Shown here piece by piece: positions 38,424 through 47,654 of a stretch of 64,000 nt of DNA. The position numbers and the translations under genes are program-made. The notes below the pieces were generated by a model. The model worked only from the letters and a program-made list of their open reading frames with translations. It searched no databases and was not told the DNA's origin. The DNA comes from an uncultured Chloroflexota bacterium (lineage in GTDB: Bacteria; Chloroflexota; Chloroflexia; Thermomicrobiales; UBA6265). The first letter of the stretch is position 1, and every line of letters begins with the position of its first letter. Where the stretch lies: the NCBI GenBank assembly GCA_937901745.1, contig CALGSZ010000105.1, positions 122,028 to 186,027 on the forward strand, given 5' to 3'.

Positions 38424-38998
38424 CCTGCTTCCCCTCCCACGTCGCCACCGGCGCGAGCGGCGCGGATCAAATCATTCAGCCGATCTTCATCGAGTGGGCC
38501 AAGCACGAAGTCACGCACGATGCCGGACGAATCGAGCGCGACGGTTACCGGCAAGTTCGTCACGCGATAGGCCCGCGTCACCTTTCCGTTGCGGTCCAGC
38601 AAGAGCGGAAACGTGGCGCCGGTCTCCTCGGCCAGGCGCTCAACGGTCTCCGGACCTTCGCGCAGATTGATGCCGATGACGGTGATCTCCTCTGAGTTGG
38701 CCTCATCGAGCAAGGCCATCTCTTCCTTGCAGTTCTCGCACCAGGAAGCGAAGAAGTTGATCAAGAGCGGCTGCCCGAGATGATCGTCGAGCGAAACGGC
38801 CTCCCCGGCCGCGTTCTCCAAGCGGAAATTCGGCGCCCGCTGACCGGGGCGACTTCCCGTCTCCTTATCCCCGTCTGGCCACGAAATCACCCCAAGGCTA
38901 TTGCCGCTGGCGCCGCCGCCACAGCTCGCCAGCAAGATCACCACGGCGAGCGCGCCGGCCAGCGGCATGAAGTTGCGACGCAGCATGCTCCTAGACAC
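38420..38998 (-). CDS. TlpA/ResA-like thiol:disulfide oxidoreductase lipoprotein
   Basis: 192-aa ORF. Lipobox LLASC. Thioredoxin active site FFASWCENCKEE (CxxC). Confidence 0.85.
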   Translation of the reverse strand: MSRSMLRRNFMPLAGALAVVILLASCGGGASGNSLGVISWPDGDKETGSRPGQRAPNFRLENAAGEAVSLDDHLGQPLLINFFASWCENCKEEMALLDEANSEEITVIGINLREGPETVERLAEETGATFPLLLDRNGKVTRAYRVTNLPVTVALDSSGIVRDFVLGPLDEDRLNDLIRAARAGGDVGGEAG

Positions 38999-39001
38999 GC
39001 G

Positions 39002-39457
39002 CTACGCCTCCACGATCACTCGAATCGATTCGGAAGGATCCACCGTACAAGTCACCGGATACTCGCCTGGCTCCGGGAAACGCATCGTGTAGGTTTCGCC
39101 AGGGTTGACGACGAACGGCCCCGCGCGATGGACGACGGTATCCTCGTTGCGAACGGAGATCGCCGCGGTCTCGCCCTTCTTGAACCGGATCAGCGTCGGT
39201 AATGTGATGGCCGATTCCACGCCTGGCTGAGAGAGCCGCGCCGCGCTGCCAGCGGGAATGACGAAGAGGAGCCCGTCCGAATTGCTGGCCGGCTCGCTCC
39301 GCAGCAGATTGATACCCAGCAGCGCCAGCACGACGACGAGCAGCGTTGACGCGGCCGCGATGCCCACGACCGAGCGCTTGCGCTTCGGCTGTCCCGACTG
39401 GCGCGAGATTGCTTGGCGATCGACCAACCCTTGCGCGGTAGTGGTTGGAGTCATCAC
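39002..39457 (-). CDS. Membrane-anchored cupredoxin-like protein with incomplete T1 copper site
   Basis: 151-aa ORF. One TM (VVGIAAASTLLVVVLALLGI). The C-terminal domain FKKGETAAISVRNEDTVVHRAGPFVVNPGETYTMRFPEPGEYPVTCTVDPSESIRVIV follows the cupredoxin spacing but keeps only His and Cys. Its stop is 3 nt from the tlpA start. Confidence 0.6.
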   Translation of the reverse strand: MMTPTTTAQGLVDRQAISRQSGQPKRKRSVVGIAAASTLLVVVLALLGINLLRSEPASNSDGLLFVIPAGSAARLSQPGVESAITLPTLIRFKKGETAAISVRNEDTVVHRAGPFVVNPGETYTMRFPEPGEYPVTCTVDPSESIRVIVEA

Positions 39458-39514
39458 ACACTCCTCACTCGCCGTTGAGAGGGCAGCCCAGCCGCCCTCT
39501 CACCCCGCCAGCCG

Positions 39515-40111
39515 CTACATTCCATGCGTTCCCGGCGTCGCCTCGGGCGTTCCCATGTGCGTGGCCCCGCCCAGAGCGGGCGCCGGGCGCGACCAGACAT
39601 TCGAGATGGTCAAGTCACCCGCGGTGACCGGAGCGACCGGCGTACCCTCGGCTGGCTCAGCGGTGGGGCGCACCTCGACGGTCACCGTCACCTCGCCCGC
39701 CTTCTCGAACTGCAGGGTCAGCTCGTAGCGGTCACCCCGATTGAGATCGCGCGTCAGGCCGATCAGCATGATGTGATAGCCGCGGGGCTTCAGCTCGACC
39801 GTCTCGCCCGCCGGGATCTCCAAGCCATCAGCCAGCGGCCGCATCTCCATGACGCCGTCCTTCTCCGACATCTCATGGATCTCGACGACCGCGGCCACAT
39901 CCGTCTCGCCGCCCAGGAGTCGGTCCGCCTCCTCGCCCTGGTTGGTGATCGTCAGGTACGCCGCGCCCATGCCCGTCGCTGTCGGCGTGCCTGCGCCGGG
40001 CGATGCCTGTGGCGAGGCCTGACCGTGCCCCTCATGCGCGTCGGAGACGCTCGCCCAGCCAACCACGACAAACAGGAGCACAACGATCGTGCCCAAGAGA
40101 GTCCGTCGCAT
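39515..40111 (-). CDS. Periplasmic copper chaperone PCu(A)C (DUF461)
   Basis: 198-aa ORF. Signal peptide. Motif HEMSEKDGVMEM...GYHIM, i.e. the H(M)x10M...HxM Cu(I) motif. Confidence 0.85.
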   Translation of the reverse strand: MRRTLLGTIVVLLFVVVGWASVSDAHEGHGQASPQASPGAGTPTATGMGAAYLTITNQGEEADRLLGGETDVAAVVEIHEMSEKDGVMEMRPLADGLEIPAGETVELKPRGYHIMLIGLTRDLNRGDRYELTLQFEKAGEVTVTVEVRPTAEPAEGTPVAPVTAGDLTISNVWSRPAPALGGATHMGTPEATPGTHGM

Positions 40112-40156
40112 CGGTCTTCCTCCGAGTGAAGTCTTGATCCACGGTTCTCCGCGCCA

Positions 40157-40777
40157 CTAGAGCAAGTGGCGGATGTCTTCGGCGATCAGCTCTGGATCGG
40201 TTCCATGCGCGTAGACGAGGCGCAGGTTCCCTTTCGTGTCGATGACGAAAGTAGAGGTGGTGTGGTCAACGAGGTAGCTCATCGCCGACTCGTCGAATTC
40301 GCGCTTGACCACGGCAACGCCGTAGTCCTGCGTGATCGCCTGGATCTGCTCCGGCGTCCCGGCCAAGCCGATGAACTCCGGATCGAAAAAGGCCAGATAC
40401 TCGCCCAGCCGCTCAGGCGTGTCCCGCTCGGGATCCACTGTTACCATCACGAACCGGACGCGCTCGGCATCCTTTCCAAGCTCTTCCTTGACGGAGATCC
40501 AGTCGCTGAGCGTCGTTGGGCACGCATCCGGACAGGCGGTGTAGCCGAAATAGAGCACGACTACCGCCCCCGCCTGGTCAGCGAGCGAGAATGGCTGACC
40601 ACGCTGATCGGTGAGCTCGATCGGTGCCGCGGCGCGGACCGGCTGAATCTCTCCGCCATGGAAGGCGTAGGATTCGCGATTCCAGAGCATCCACCCCGCG
40701 ACCAGCGCGATCGTGGCCACCGCGATTGCCGAGCCGAGCGCAATGAACTTTGCGCGACGAGACATGACGTCGCTCAC
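40157..40777 (-). CDS. SCO1/SenC copper chaperone
   Basis: 206-aa ORF. N-terminal TM, CxxxC motif YTACPDACP, and conserved downstream His (VDHTTSTFVID). Confidence 0.9.
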   Translation of the reverse strand: MSDVMSRRAKFIALGSAIAVATIALVAGWMLWNRESYAFHGGEIQPVRAAAPIELTDQRGQPFSLADQAGAVVVLYFGYTACPDACPTTLSDWISVKEELGKDAERVRFVMVTVDPERDTPERLGEYLAFFDPEFIGLAGTPEQIQAITQDYGVAVVKREFDESAMSYLVDHTTSTFVIDTKGNLRLVYAHGTDPELIAEDIRHLL

Positions 40778-40837
40778 TCCTCCTCTTGGATAGCGACGAA
40801 TGCCGACGGAGCCGCCGGCGTGCTGCCGGCAGCGACG

Positions 40838-41422
40838 CTATGAAATGGAATGTGTCCGGGGTGGGGGACTGTTCGGCGCGATCGCGCGACCGTGCAGGCG
40901 GTCGCCGGGCTCGAGCACCGGAGTCTCAGAAACATTCAGGATCACGGGGGTCTCAACCGGCAGATCCGCCGCGAGCGTGAGAACGGTCATCGCCGGATGC
41001 GGAATCTGATTGACTCGCGCCGTCTGCTCAGGGCACAGCTCGACCGGACCAGGGACGCCACCCGTCGCGGACCGCGTGCCCTGCTCCTCCGGCGCGCCCT
41101 GCGCATCGTCCTCCACGGTCGGCGAGAACGCATGACTGAGGTGCTCGTAGTGAAGACCGAAGTGTGCGAGCGCGTGCGCCGAGTCAGTGACAGAGCTGTC
41201 TTCGGTCACCGACGCGGTGAATTCCACCTCGTAGCCACCAGACGAAGGCGAGCCACTTGGAGAAAGGTAGAGGGAGTGCGGGCCTGATGTCGCTGAGCAG
41301 GTCGCCGGGACGGACAAGAGCCCGATCAGCATCGCGACGGTGATCAGCCGGCGCGCGACGCTGATGAAGCCGGAAGAGCGCCAGTGCATCGCGATGGATC
41401 TTGATCTCCGGGCGCGGATCAT
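40838..41422 (-). CDS. Hypothetical membrane-anchored protein with His cluster (first gene of the copper operon)
   Basis: 194-aa ORF. ATG-41422 follows GAGAGGG. N-terminal hydrophobic anchor. His cluster HALAHFGLHYEHLSH. I recognise no family. Confidence 0.55.
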   Translation of the reverse strand: MIRARRSRSIAMHWRSSGFISVARRLITVAMLIGLLSVPATCSATSGPHSLYLSPSGSPSSGGYEVEFTASVTEDSSVTDSAHALAHFGLHYEHLSHAFSPTVEDDAQGAPEEQGTRSATGGVPGPVELCPEQTARVNQIPHPAMTVLTLAADLPVETPVILNVSETPVLEPGDRLHGRAIAPNSPPPRTHSIS

Positions 41423-41447
41423 GACCAGCCCTCTCGGACCAGCCTGC

Positions 41448-41468
41448 TGACCACGTGCAATGTGGTCA
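41448..41468. promoter_or_regulatory. Perfect inverted repeat TGACCAC-N7-GTGGTCA in a divergent promoter region
   Basis: Read directly from the sequence. It starts 26 nt upstream of ATG-41422 (-) and lies about 380 nt upstream of sucA (+). Candidate operator or RNA hairpin. Confidence 0.3.
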
Positions 41469-41845
41469 CTGAAACATAGCGTAGCAAACGGGGCTCCTGG
41501 AAACCACGGTTCCAGCGGTGGTGTGCGGCACCTCTGCTCTAGTTGGAATTTTAGGCGCGACGCCCAACAATGCCTCGGAACATTGTGTAGAATGCCTAAA
41601 TGGGCGTCTCTCCCGCGAGGCGGCCGGGCCGACCACCGGGTTCGAGTTTCAGGACTAGCGGGCGGTCATTCAGGAGACGAAACCTCATTTCTAGGAGCCG
41701 GTACTGTGCTATCCTGCCCACTGAAAAGTTGTCAGGGTGGCGGGCGGTTTCAAGAGGCACGGATCGGACACCCAATGCAACAACATGAAGCTCGATTCGC
41801 CGAGTGGCGACCGAGGTCCATTTGTCAAGCACCAGGTAGGACAAG

Positions 41846-44764
41846 ATGAGCGACCTGCGCGCGTTTCATGGGCCGAATGCCGGGTACGTCCTGGAGCTTT
41901 ACGACCGCTACCTTGCTGACCCCAATTCCGTAGATCCCGAAATACGTGCATTCTTTGCCGAGTTTCGGCCGACCTTGCCGCCGACCAACGGCGCCGCCGC
42001 GGCCGAGCGGGCAGAGACTGGCGCGCCAGCGATCGCGGATGTGCGGAAGATCGTAGCGGCCGCGTCGCTCGCCTTATCCATCCGCGAGTATGGCCACCTC
42101 GCGGCGCGCTTGGATCCACTTGGCACCGAGCCGCTGGGCGCGCCGGAGCTCGACCCGAGCTACCACGGCCTGACTGAGGCGGATCTACGGGCGCTGCCAC
42201 CGCTCGTCGTCGGCGGACCAGTCGCGGAAGGCGCGGCGAACGCGGCGGAAGCGATAGCGCGGCTGCGCGAGATCTACTCCGGGACGATCGGTTTCGATTT
42301 CGATCACGTCCAGATCGCCGCCGAGCGCGCATGGCTGACCGAGGCGGTTGAGTCTCGCCGCTTCGCCATTCCGCTGGAGCGGTCGGCGAAGCGGGCGTTG
42401 CTGCGCCGCCTGACCGACGTTGAGGCGTTCGAGAAGTTCCTGCACCAGACCTACCTGGGCCAGAAGCGCTTCTCGATCGAGGGGAACGACATGCTCGTTC
42501 CCATGCTCGACGAAATCGTCCATGAGGCAGCCGCCGCCGGCACGCGGGAGATTGTCCTCGGCATGGCGCACCGTGGCCGGCTGAACGTGATGACCCACGT
42601 GCTGGCTCGACCCTACGCCTCGATCATCGCCGCGTTCGAGGGCAACAAATGGCGCACCGCATCCCAGCCGGCGAGCGATGCCAGCGATGATTGGACTGGA
42701 GACGTCAAGTACCACCTTGGAGCGCGGCTCCTGCGCGGGCAACACGGCACGATGGTCGAGGTGCCGATCGTTCTCGCGCCCAACCCGAGCCACCTCGAGG
42801 CGATCAACCCGGTCGTCCAAGGCATGGTGCGCGCCGCGCAGGATATCTGCGATCAGCCCGGAGCGCCGCGGATCGATCGGCAGGCGAGCATGCCGATTCT
42901 GGTCCACGGCGATGCCGCCTTCCCGGGTCAGGGCGTGGTCGCGGAGACGCTGAACATGTCCGCCTTGGAGGGCTACAGCACCGGCGGGACAATCCACATC
43001 ATCGTCAACAACCAGATCGGCTTCACCACCAATCCGAGCGACGCGCGCTCAACCCTCTACGCAAGCGACCTGGCCAAGGGCTTCGAGATCCCGGTGGTGC
43101 ACGTCAACGCGGACGATCCGGAGGCGTGCCTCCTCGCGACGCGCTTGGCGATGGCCTACCGGCAGACGTTCGGCAAGGACTTCCTCATCGACCTCATCGG
43201 CTATCGCCGCTGGGGCCACAACGAGGGAGACGAGCCGAGCTTTACTCAGCCGCGCTTGTACGCGCAGATTGCGAAGCACCCGACCGTCCGCCAGATTTGG
43301 GCTAAGCGGCTCGTGGAAGAGGGCGACGTCACGCCGGACGAGCCGGAGCAGATGCTCAAGGCAGCGCTGGACCACCTGGCCGGCGTGCGCCGCTCGGTGA
43401 CCGACGGCACGCTGCCCGAAGAGGAGGAGATTCCGCCGCCCGGTCCGCGACGCGAGGTCCAAACCGCGGTGCCCGCCGAGCGGCTGCGTGAGTACCACGA
43501 CGCGATCCACGCGATCCCGGACGGGTTCACGCTGAATACGAAGCTCGCCCGTCAATGGGAGCGCCGGGCGCGCATCCTGGATCAGCCGGATGGCCGCATC
43601 GATTGGGCGCACGCGGAGTCACTCGCCTTTGCCGCGATTCTGAGTGACGGCATCCCGATCCGCTTGACCGGGCAAGACGCCGAGCGCGGCACGTTCAGCC
43701 AGCGGCACCTGGTCCTGCATGACCCGAAGACCGGCGACACCTATACGCCGCTTCAGCACCTGCCGACGGCAAAGGCCTCGTTCGCCGTGTTCAACAGCCC
43801 GCTCTCGGAGGAGGCGCCGGTCGCGTTCGAGTACGGCTACAGCGTCCACGCGCCGGGCCGGCTGGTGCTCTGGGAAGCGCAGTTCGGCGACTTCGCGAAC
43901 GGCGCACAGGTGGCGATCGACCAGTTCATCGTCGCCGCCCGCTCCAAGTGGCGCGTGTACCCGGCGCTCGTCATGCTGCTCCCGCATGGCTATGAGGGTC
44001 AGGGTCCCGAGCACTCCAGCGCGCGGCTGGAGCGCTACCTGCAGCTGGCGGCGCAAGACAATATTCGCGTCGCGAATTGCACGACGGCGGCTCAGTACTT
44101 CCACCTGCTGCGCCGGCAGGCCGCGCTCCTGACCATCGATCCGCGCCCGTTGATCTTGATGACGCCGAAGAGTCTCCTGCGCCATCCGCTCGCCTCTTCG
44201 ACCCTGGCGGATTTGGCCAGCGGCACCTTCAAGCCGGTCATTGATGATCCAACCGCCGCCGGCCGCGAGGAAGAAGTGACGCGCCTGATCCTCTGCTCGG
44301 GGAAGGTGGCAGTCGATCTCGAGGCGAATCCGCAGCGGGCCGAGGCGCGGAACGTCGCGATCGTGCGGGTCGAGCAGTTGGCGCCGTTCCAGAACACCGC
44401 GCTCCGCCAGACGATCAGCCGGTACCCGAACCTCGTCGAGCTGGTCTGGCTGCAAGAGGAGCCGCGCAACATGGGCGCGTGGAGCTACATGGAGCCGCGC
44501 CTGCGTGAGCTGACTAGCAACGCCCTGCCGATACGCTACATTGGCCGCGCCGAGCGAGCGAGCCCAGCTGAGGGCTCAGCCGACCTCCATGCCATTGAGC
44601 AGGAGCGCATCGTCAGCGCGGCGTTCGCCGACGTGCCGGAGCAGCCTGCCGAGCGCAAGAACGGTCGTGCAAAATTGCGCGCGGGCGCAGCCACCGGGGC
44701 GGACGCGAACGGGCCGGATGGTGTCGCCACCGCTCGGAAAGGCGAGCGCGCCAAGCGCGGATAG
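41846..44764 (+). CDS. sucA: 2-oxoglutarate dehydrogenase E1 component
   Basis: 972-aa ORF. Blocks RFSIEGNDMLVP, GMAHRGRLNV and HGDAAFPGQGVVAETLN are typical of OGDH E1. Confidence 0.95.
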   Translation: MSDLRAFHGPNAGYVLELYDRYLADPNSVDPEIRAFFAEFRPTLPPTNGAAAAERAETGAPAIADVRKIVAAASLALSIREYGHLAARLDPLGTEPLGAPELDPSYHGLTEADLRALPPLVVGGPVAEGAANAAEAIARLREIYSGTIGFDFDHVQIAAERAWLTEAVESRRFAIPLERSAKRALLRRLTDVEAFEKFLHQTYLGQKRFSIEGNDMLVPMLDEIVHEAAAAGTREIVLGMAHRGRLNVMTHVLARPYASIIAAFEGNKWRTASQPASDASDDWTGDVKYHLGARLLRGQHGTMVEVPIVLAPNPSHLEAINPVVQGMVRAAQDICDQPGAPRIDRQASMPILVHGDAAFPGQGVVAETLNMSALEGYSTGGTIHIIVNNQIGFTTNPSDARSTLYASDLAKGFEIPVVHVNADDPEACLLATRLAMAYRQTFGKDFLIDLIGYRRWGHNEGDEPSFTQPRLYAQIAKHPTVRQIWAKRLVEEGDVTPDEPEQMLKAALDHLAGVRRSVTDGTLPEEEEIPPPGPRREVQTAVPAERLREYHDAIHAIPDGFTLNTKLARQWERRARILDQPDGRIDWAHAESLAFAAILSDGIPIRLTGQDAERGTFSQRHLVLHDPKTGDTYTPLQHLPTAKASFAVFNSPLSEEAPVAFEYGYSVHAPGRLVLWEAQFGDFANGAQVAIDQFIVAARSKWRVYPALVMLLPHGYEGQGPEHSSARLERYLQLAAQDNIRVANCTTAAQYFHLLRRQAALLTIDPRPLILMTPKSLLRHPLASSTLADLASGTFKPVIDDPTAAGREEEVTRLILCSGKVAVDLEANPQRAEARNVAIVRVEQLAPFQNTALRQTISRYPNLVELVWLQEEPRNMGAWSYMEPRLRELTSNALPIRYIGRAERASPAEGSADLHAIEQERIVSAAFADVPEQPAERKNGRAKLRAGAATGADANGPDGVATARKGERAKRG

Positions 44765-44800
44765 TCCGACGACCGACCAGGCAATTGAGGAGTTGCAACG

Positions 44801-46162
44801 ATGCCGGTAGAAATCCGCGTCCCCCCGCTCGGGGAATCGCTGGTTGACGCGGTAGTTGGCCAGTGGCTCAAAAGCGAGGGTGATCCCGTCTCTCGCGGGG
44901 AGACACTGCTCGAGCTCGAGACAGACAAGGTCAATCTCGACGTCACCGCGACTGAGGACGGCATCCTGAGCAAGATCGAGAAGCGGGAAGGGGACGTCGT
45001 CACCGTCGGCGAGCTCCTGGGTGTGATCGCCGAGGCGGGCGCCGCCGCGACCAATGGCGCGGGCGACGCTGAGGCCGCGCAAGTGGCTGCCCCGGCCGCC
45101 GCTCCGCTCGCGGCGGCAGCGCCGGCCAACACCGCGGCCGTCCCACCGGCGGCTGCCCCGCAAGAGGCAGCGCCCACGGAAGCGGCTGATGTCGGGGTCG
45201 GTCGCGCCGCACCCGCCGTGCGCCGGCTCGCCGAAGAGCACCAAGTTGATATCAACGCGATTCCGGGCACCGGTCCGGGTGGCCGCGTGACCCGCGACGA
45301 CGTGCTCGCCTACGTCGCTCGCCAAGCCGCGACACCGCCGGCTCCAGTCCCGGCCGCTCCCGCTCCGGCGCCGGCTCCTGAGCCGCCGGTCCAGCCGGTC
45401 CAGCAGCCGGCCGCCCAAGCGCCGGCTCCCGCTGTTGAGGCACCGGCCCCTGTTGTCGAGAGCCGACGCGAAGAGCGGATCCGAATGACCCGCCGGCGAC
45501 AGACGATCGCGGCGCGGCTCGTCGAGGCGCAGCACACGGCGGCGATGCTGACGACCTTCAACGAGATCGACATGAGCGCCGTGATCGAGCTGCGCAAGGC
45601 GCGCAAGGAATCGTTCCAGCAGCGCCACGGCATCGGTCTCGGCTTCATGTCATTCTTCACGAAGGCCTGCGTTGGCGCGCTCAAGGCCTTCCCGCTGCTG
45701 AACGCCGAGATTCAGGGCAACGAGATCGTCGTCAAGCATTACTACGACATCGGCATCGCCGTCAGCACGGATGAGGGGCTCGTCGTCCCAGTCGTGCGCG
45801 ACGCCGACCGCAAGACGTTCGCCGAGATCGAGCGCGAGATCGCCGATCTGGCGACGCGGGCGCGGGAAGGCAAGCTGACGCTGCCGGAGCTGCAAGGCGG
45901 CACGTTCACGATAACGAACGGCGGCGTCTTCGGCTCACTGATGTCGACACCGATCCTCAACTATCCGCAAGTTGGCATCCTCGGGATGCACAAGATTCAG
46001 GAGCGGCCCGTCGTCCACAACGGCGAGATCGTGATCCGCCCGATGATGTATGTGGCGCTCTCCTACGACCACCGGATCGTAGACGGGAGCGAGGCGGTTC
46101 GCTTCCTCGTCCGGGTCAAGGAGCTGATTGAGGATCCGACGACGCTGCTCCTGGAGGGGTAG
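44801..46162 (+). CDS. sucB: Dihydrolipoyllysine-residue succinyltransferase E2 component
   Basis: 453-aa ORF. Lipoyl domain [12 protein letters not shown], Ala/Pro linkers, E3-binding domain ([13 protein letters not shown]), and catalytic SYDHRIVDG. Confidence 0.95.
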   Translation: MPVEIRVPPLGESLVDAVVGQWLKSEGDPVSRGETLLELETDKVNLDVTATEDGILSKIEKREGDVVTVGELLGVIAEAGAAATNGAGDAEAAQVAAPAAAPLAAAAPANTAAVPPAAAPQEAAPTEAADVGVGRAAPAVRRLAEEHQVDINAIPGTGPGGRVTRDDVLAYVARQAATPPAPVPAAPAPAPAPEPPVQPVQQPAAQAPAPAVEAPAPVVESRREERIRMTRRRQTIAARLVEAQHTAAMLTTFNEIDMSAVIELRKARKESFQQRHGIGLGFMSFFTKACVGALKAFPLLNAEIQGNEIVVKHYYDIGIAVSTDEGLVVPVVRDADRKTFAEIEREIADLATRAREGKLTLPELQGGTFTITNGGVFGSLMSTPILNYPQVGILGMHKIQERPVVHNGEIVIRPMMYVALSYDHRIVDGSEAVRFLVRVKELIEDPTTLLLEG

Positions 46163-46193
46163 CCCGAATCAGTCAGGCAATTGATTAGTCGTC

Positions 46194-46233
46194 ATCGAGC
46201 GCGGGGCAAGACACCCCGCGCTCGATCATTTTG
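46194..46233 (+). terminator. Intrinsic terminator of sucAB
   Basis: 13-bp perfect stem ATCGAGCGCGGGG / CCCCGCGCTCGAT with loop CAAGACA, followed by CATTTTG. Confidence 0.75.
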
Positions 46234-46356
46234 CGGCACGGACCGGTCGAGCCCGGGCGCTGTCGGCCTCGACGCGGGAGCCACGCGGCTCCGGTCGGGT
46301 TCCCAACGGCCTTGAGGGCCGGCGAGGGTTGAAAACAAGCCGACAAATGATTGCAA

Positions 46357-46386
46357 TTGACTTGCAGAGACCTCGTACGTGAGAAT
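46357..46386 (+). promoter_or_regulatory. Candidate sigma-70-type promoter for the sugar ABC operon
   Basis: TTGACT (46357-46362), a 17-18 nt spacer, then TGAGAAT. It sits in an AT-richer stretch about 45 nt upstream of ATG-46430. Confidence 0.35.
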
Positions 46387-46429
46387 GTCGGGGGAACCTT
46401 TCAGTTAGTCCTGAGAGAAGGGAGTACTA

Positions 46430-47521
46430 ATGTCAGTGCAGACTGTCTCGCGACGCACGGTCGTGCGGACCGGGATCGGCGCCGCGGTTGCGCTCGCACT
46501 CCAGTCGCGCCTGCAGCGAGCCTCGGCTCAGTCCGAGCCCATCAAGATCGGCTGGTCGACGATCTATCTCACGCCGTCCTGGATGAAGGAGACGAGCCAG
46601 GAGATCGATGCCGAGCTCGAGCGGCTGCGGGGGCTCGGCTTCGAAATCGAGTACCAGGTCTTTGACGCCAACGGCGATACACCGACGCAGATCAACCAGA
46701 TTCAGACGATGATCGATCAACAGTACGACATCTGTCTTCTGATCGCCGGCTCCGCCACCGCGCTCGACCAGGTCGTCGAGGCAGCGCATGAGGCGGGCGT
46801 CATCGTGGTGAACTGGGACAGCCTGGTCACCACCGACCAATTGACGTGCAAGGTCTACGAAGACCAGGTCGAATGGGGTCGGATGACGGCGCAGTGGCTC
46901 GTGGACAAGCTGGGCGGACAAGGCAAGATCCTCGCGATCAACGGTCCGGCCGGTATCGCCGTGTCCGAGCAGCGCTGGCAGGGCGCCAAGGAGATCTTCG
47001 ACCAGAACCCGGGCATTGAGATCGTCGGCACGGCGAACATCGAGTACAACGAGGCTCCGGCTCTCGTTCAGCTCAACAGCCTCGTGACCGCCAATCCGGA
47101 ACTGGACGGCATCTGGTGCCAGGCCGGCGCCCATGCTTCCGCCGCGATGAAGGCGCTCAAGCAAGCTGGCATGCCGCTGGTTCCGATGACCGGCGAGAAC
47201 TTCAACGCCTTCCTGAAGCAGTGGGTTGAGGCCCTGGATGAAGGGTTCTCCGCCTTCGCGACGGCCGAGCTGAACTACATGGCGGTCATCTCCCTCCAAG
47301 TCGCACTCATGGCCTATAACGGCGAGGCAGTGCCGAAGGAGGTCGTTGTCCCGCTGCCGCGCATTGACGACAGCAACGTGGCCGAGTGGGCGTCCGATGA
47401 GCATCCGGACGACTGGTACGTCATTCCTGAGGTGCCGGGCCCGGAGGAAATCGCGCAGCTGATCCAGCAAGCGCTCGACGCGGAGAGCGGCGCCACCCCG
47501 GCCGCCTCGCCGGAGGCCTAG
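46430..47521 (+). CDS. Sugar ABC transporter substrate-binding protein (RbsB-like PBP type I), Tat-type leader
   Basis: 363-aa ORF. SRRTVVRTGIGAAVALAL leader. GGGAG lies upstream. It is followed by the cognate ATPase and permeases. Confidence 0.85.
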   Translation: MSVQTVSRRTVVRTGIGAAVALALQSRLQRASAQSEPIKIGWSTIYLTPSWMKETSQEIDAELERLRGLGFEIEYQVFDANGDTPTQINQIQTMIDQQYDICLLIAGSATALDQVVEAAHEAGVIVVNWDSLVTTDQLTCKVYEDQVEWGRMTAQWLVDKLGGQGKILAINGPAGIAVSEQRWQGAKEIFDQNPGIEIVGTANIEYNEAPALVQLNSLVTANPELDGIWCQAGAHASAAMKALKQAGMPLVPMTGENFNAFLKQWVEALDEGFSAFATAELNYMAVISLQVALMAYNGEAVPKEVVVPLPRIDDSNVAEWASDEHPDDWYVIPEVPGPEEIAQLIQQALDAESGATPAASPEA

Positions 47522-47654
47522 GGTTAGCCGAGACAGGGACTCGTCGGCGGTGTGCCGCACGTGGCACATCGTCGACGAATGGGCAGTGTCCAGGAGCTGC
47601 TTGCCTCATGGCGCAGCTCCTGGAACATTCCCGCGAGTGCTTGGATGGTGAACG

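Noticed and set aside
41630-41660. GGGTTCGAGTTTC, reminiscent of a tRNA T-arm
   Set aside because: No flanking T-stem complementarity, acceptor stem or anticodon arm can be drawn. I found no tRNA-like cloverleaf anywhere in the window by eye.
41709-42332. 207-aa Arg-rich minus-strand ORF across the sucA start
   Set aside because: It is antisense to sucA and to its leader. The extreme Arg/Ser/Pro composition is typical of a wrong-frame translation.
44536-45628. Two overlapping minus-strand ORFs (244 and 350 aa)
   Set aside because: They are antisense to the sucA 3' end and the Ala/Pro-linker region of sucB. They are low-complexity shadow frames.
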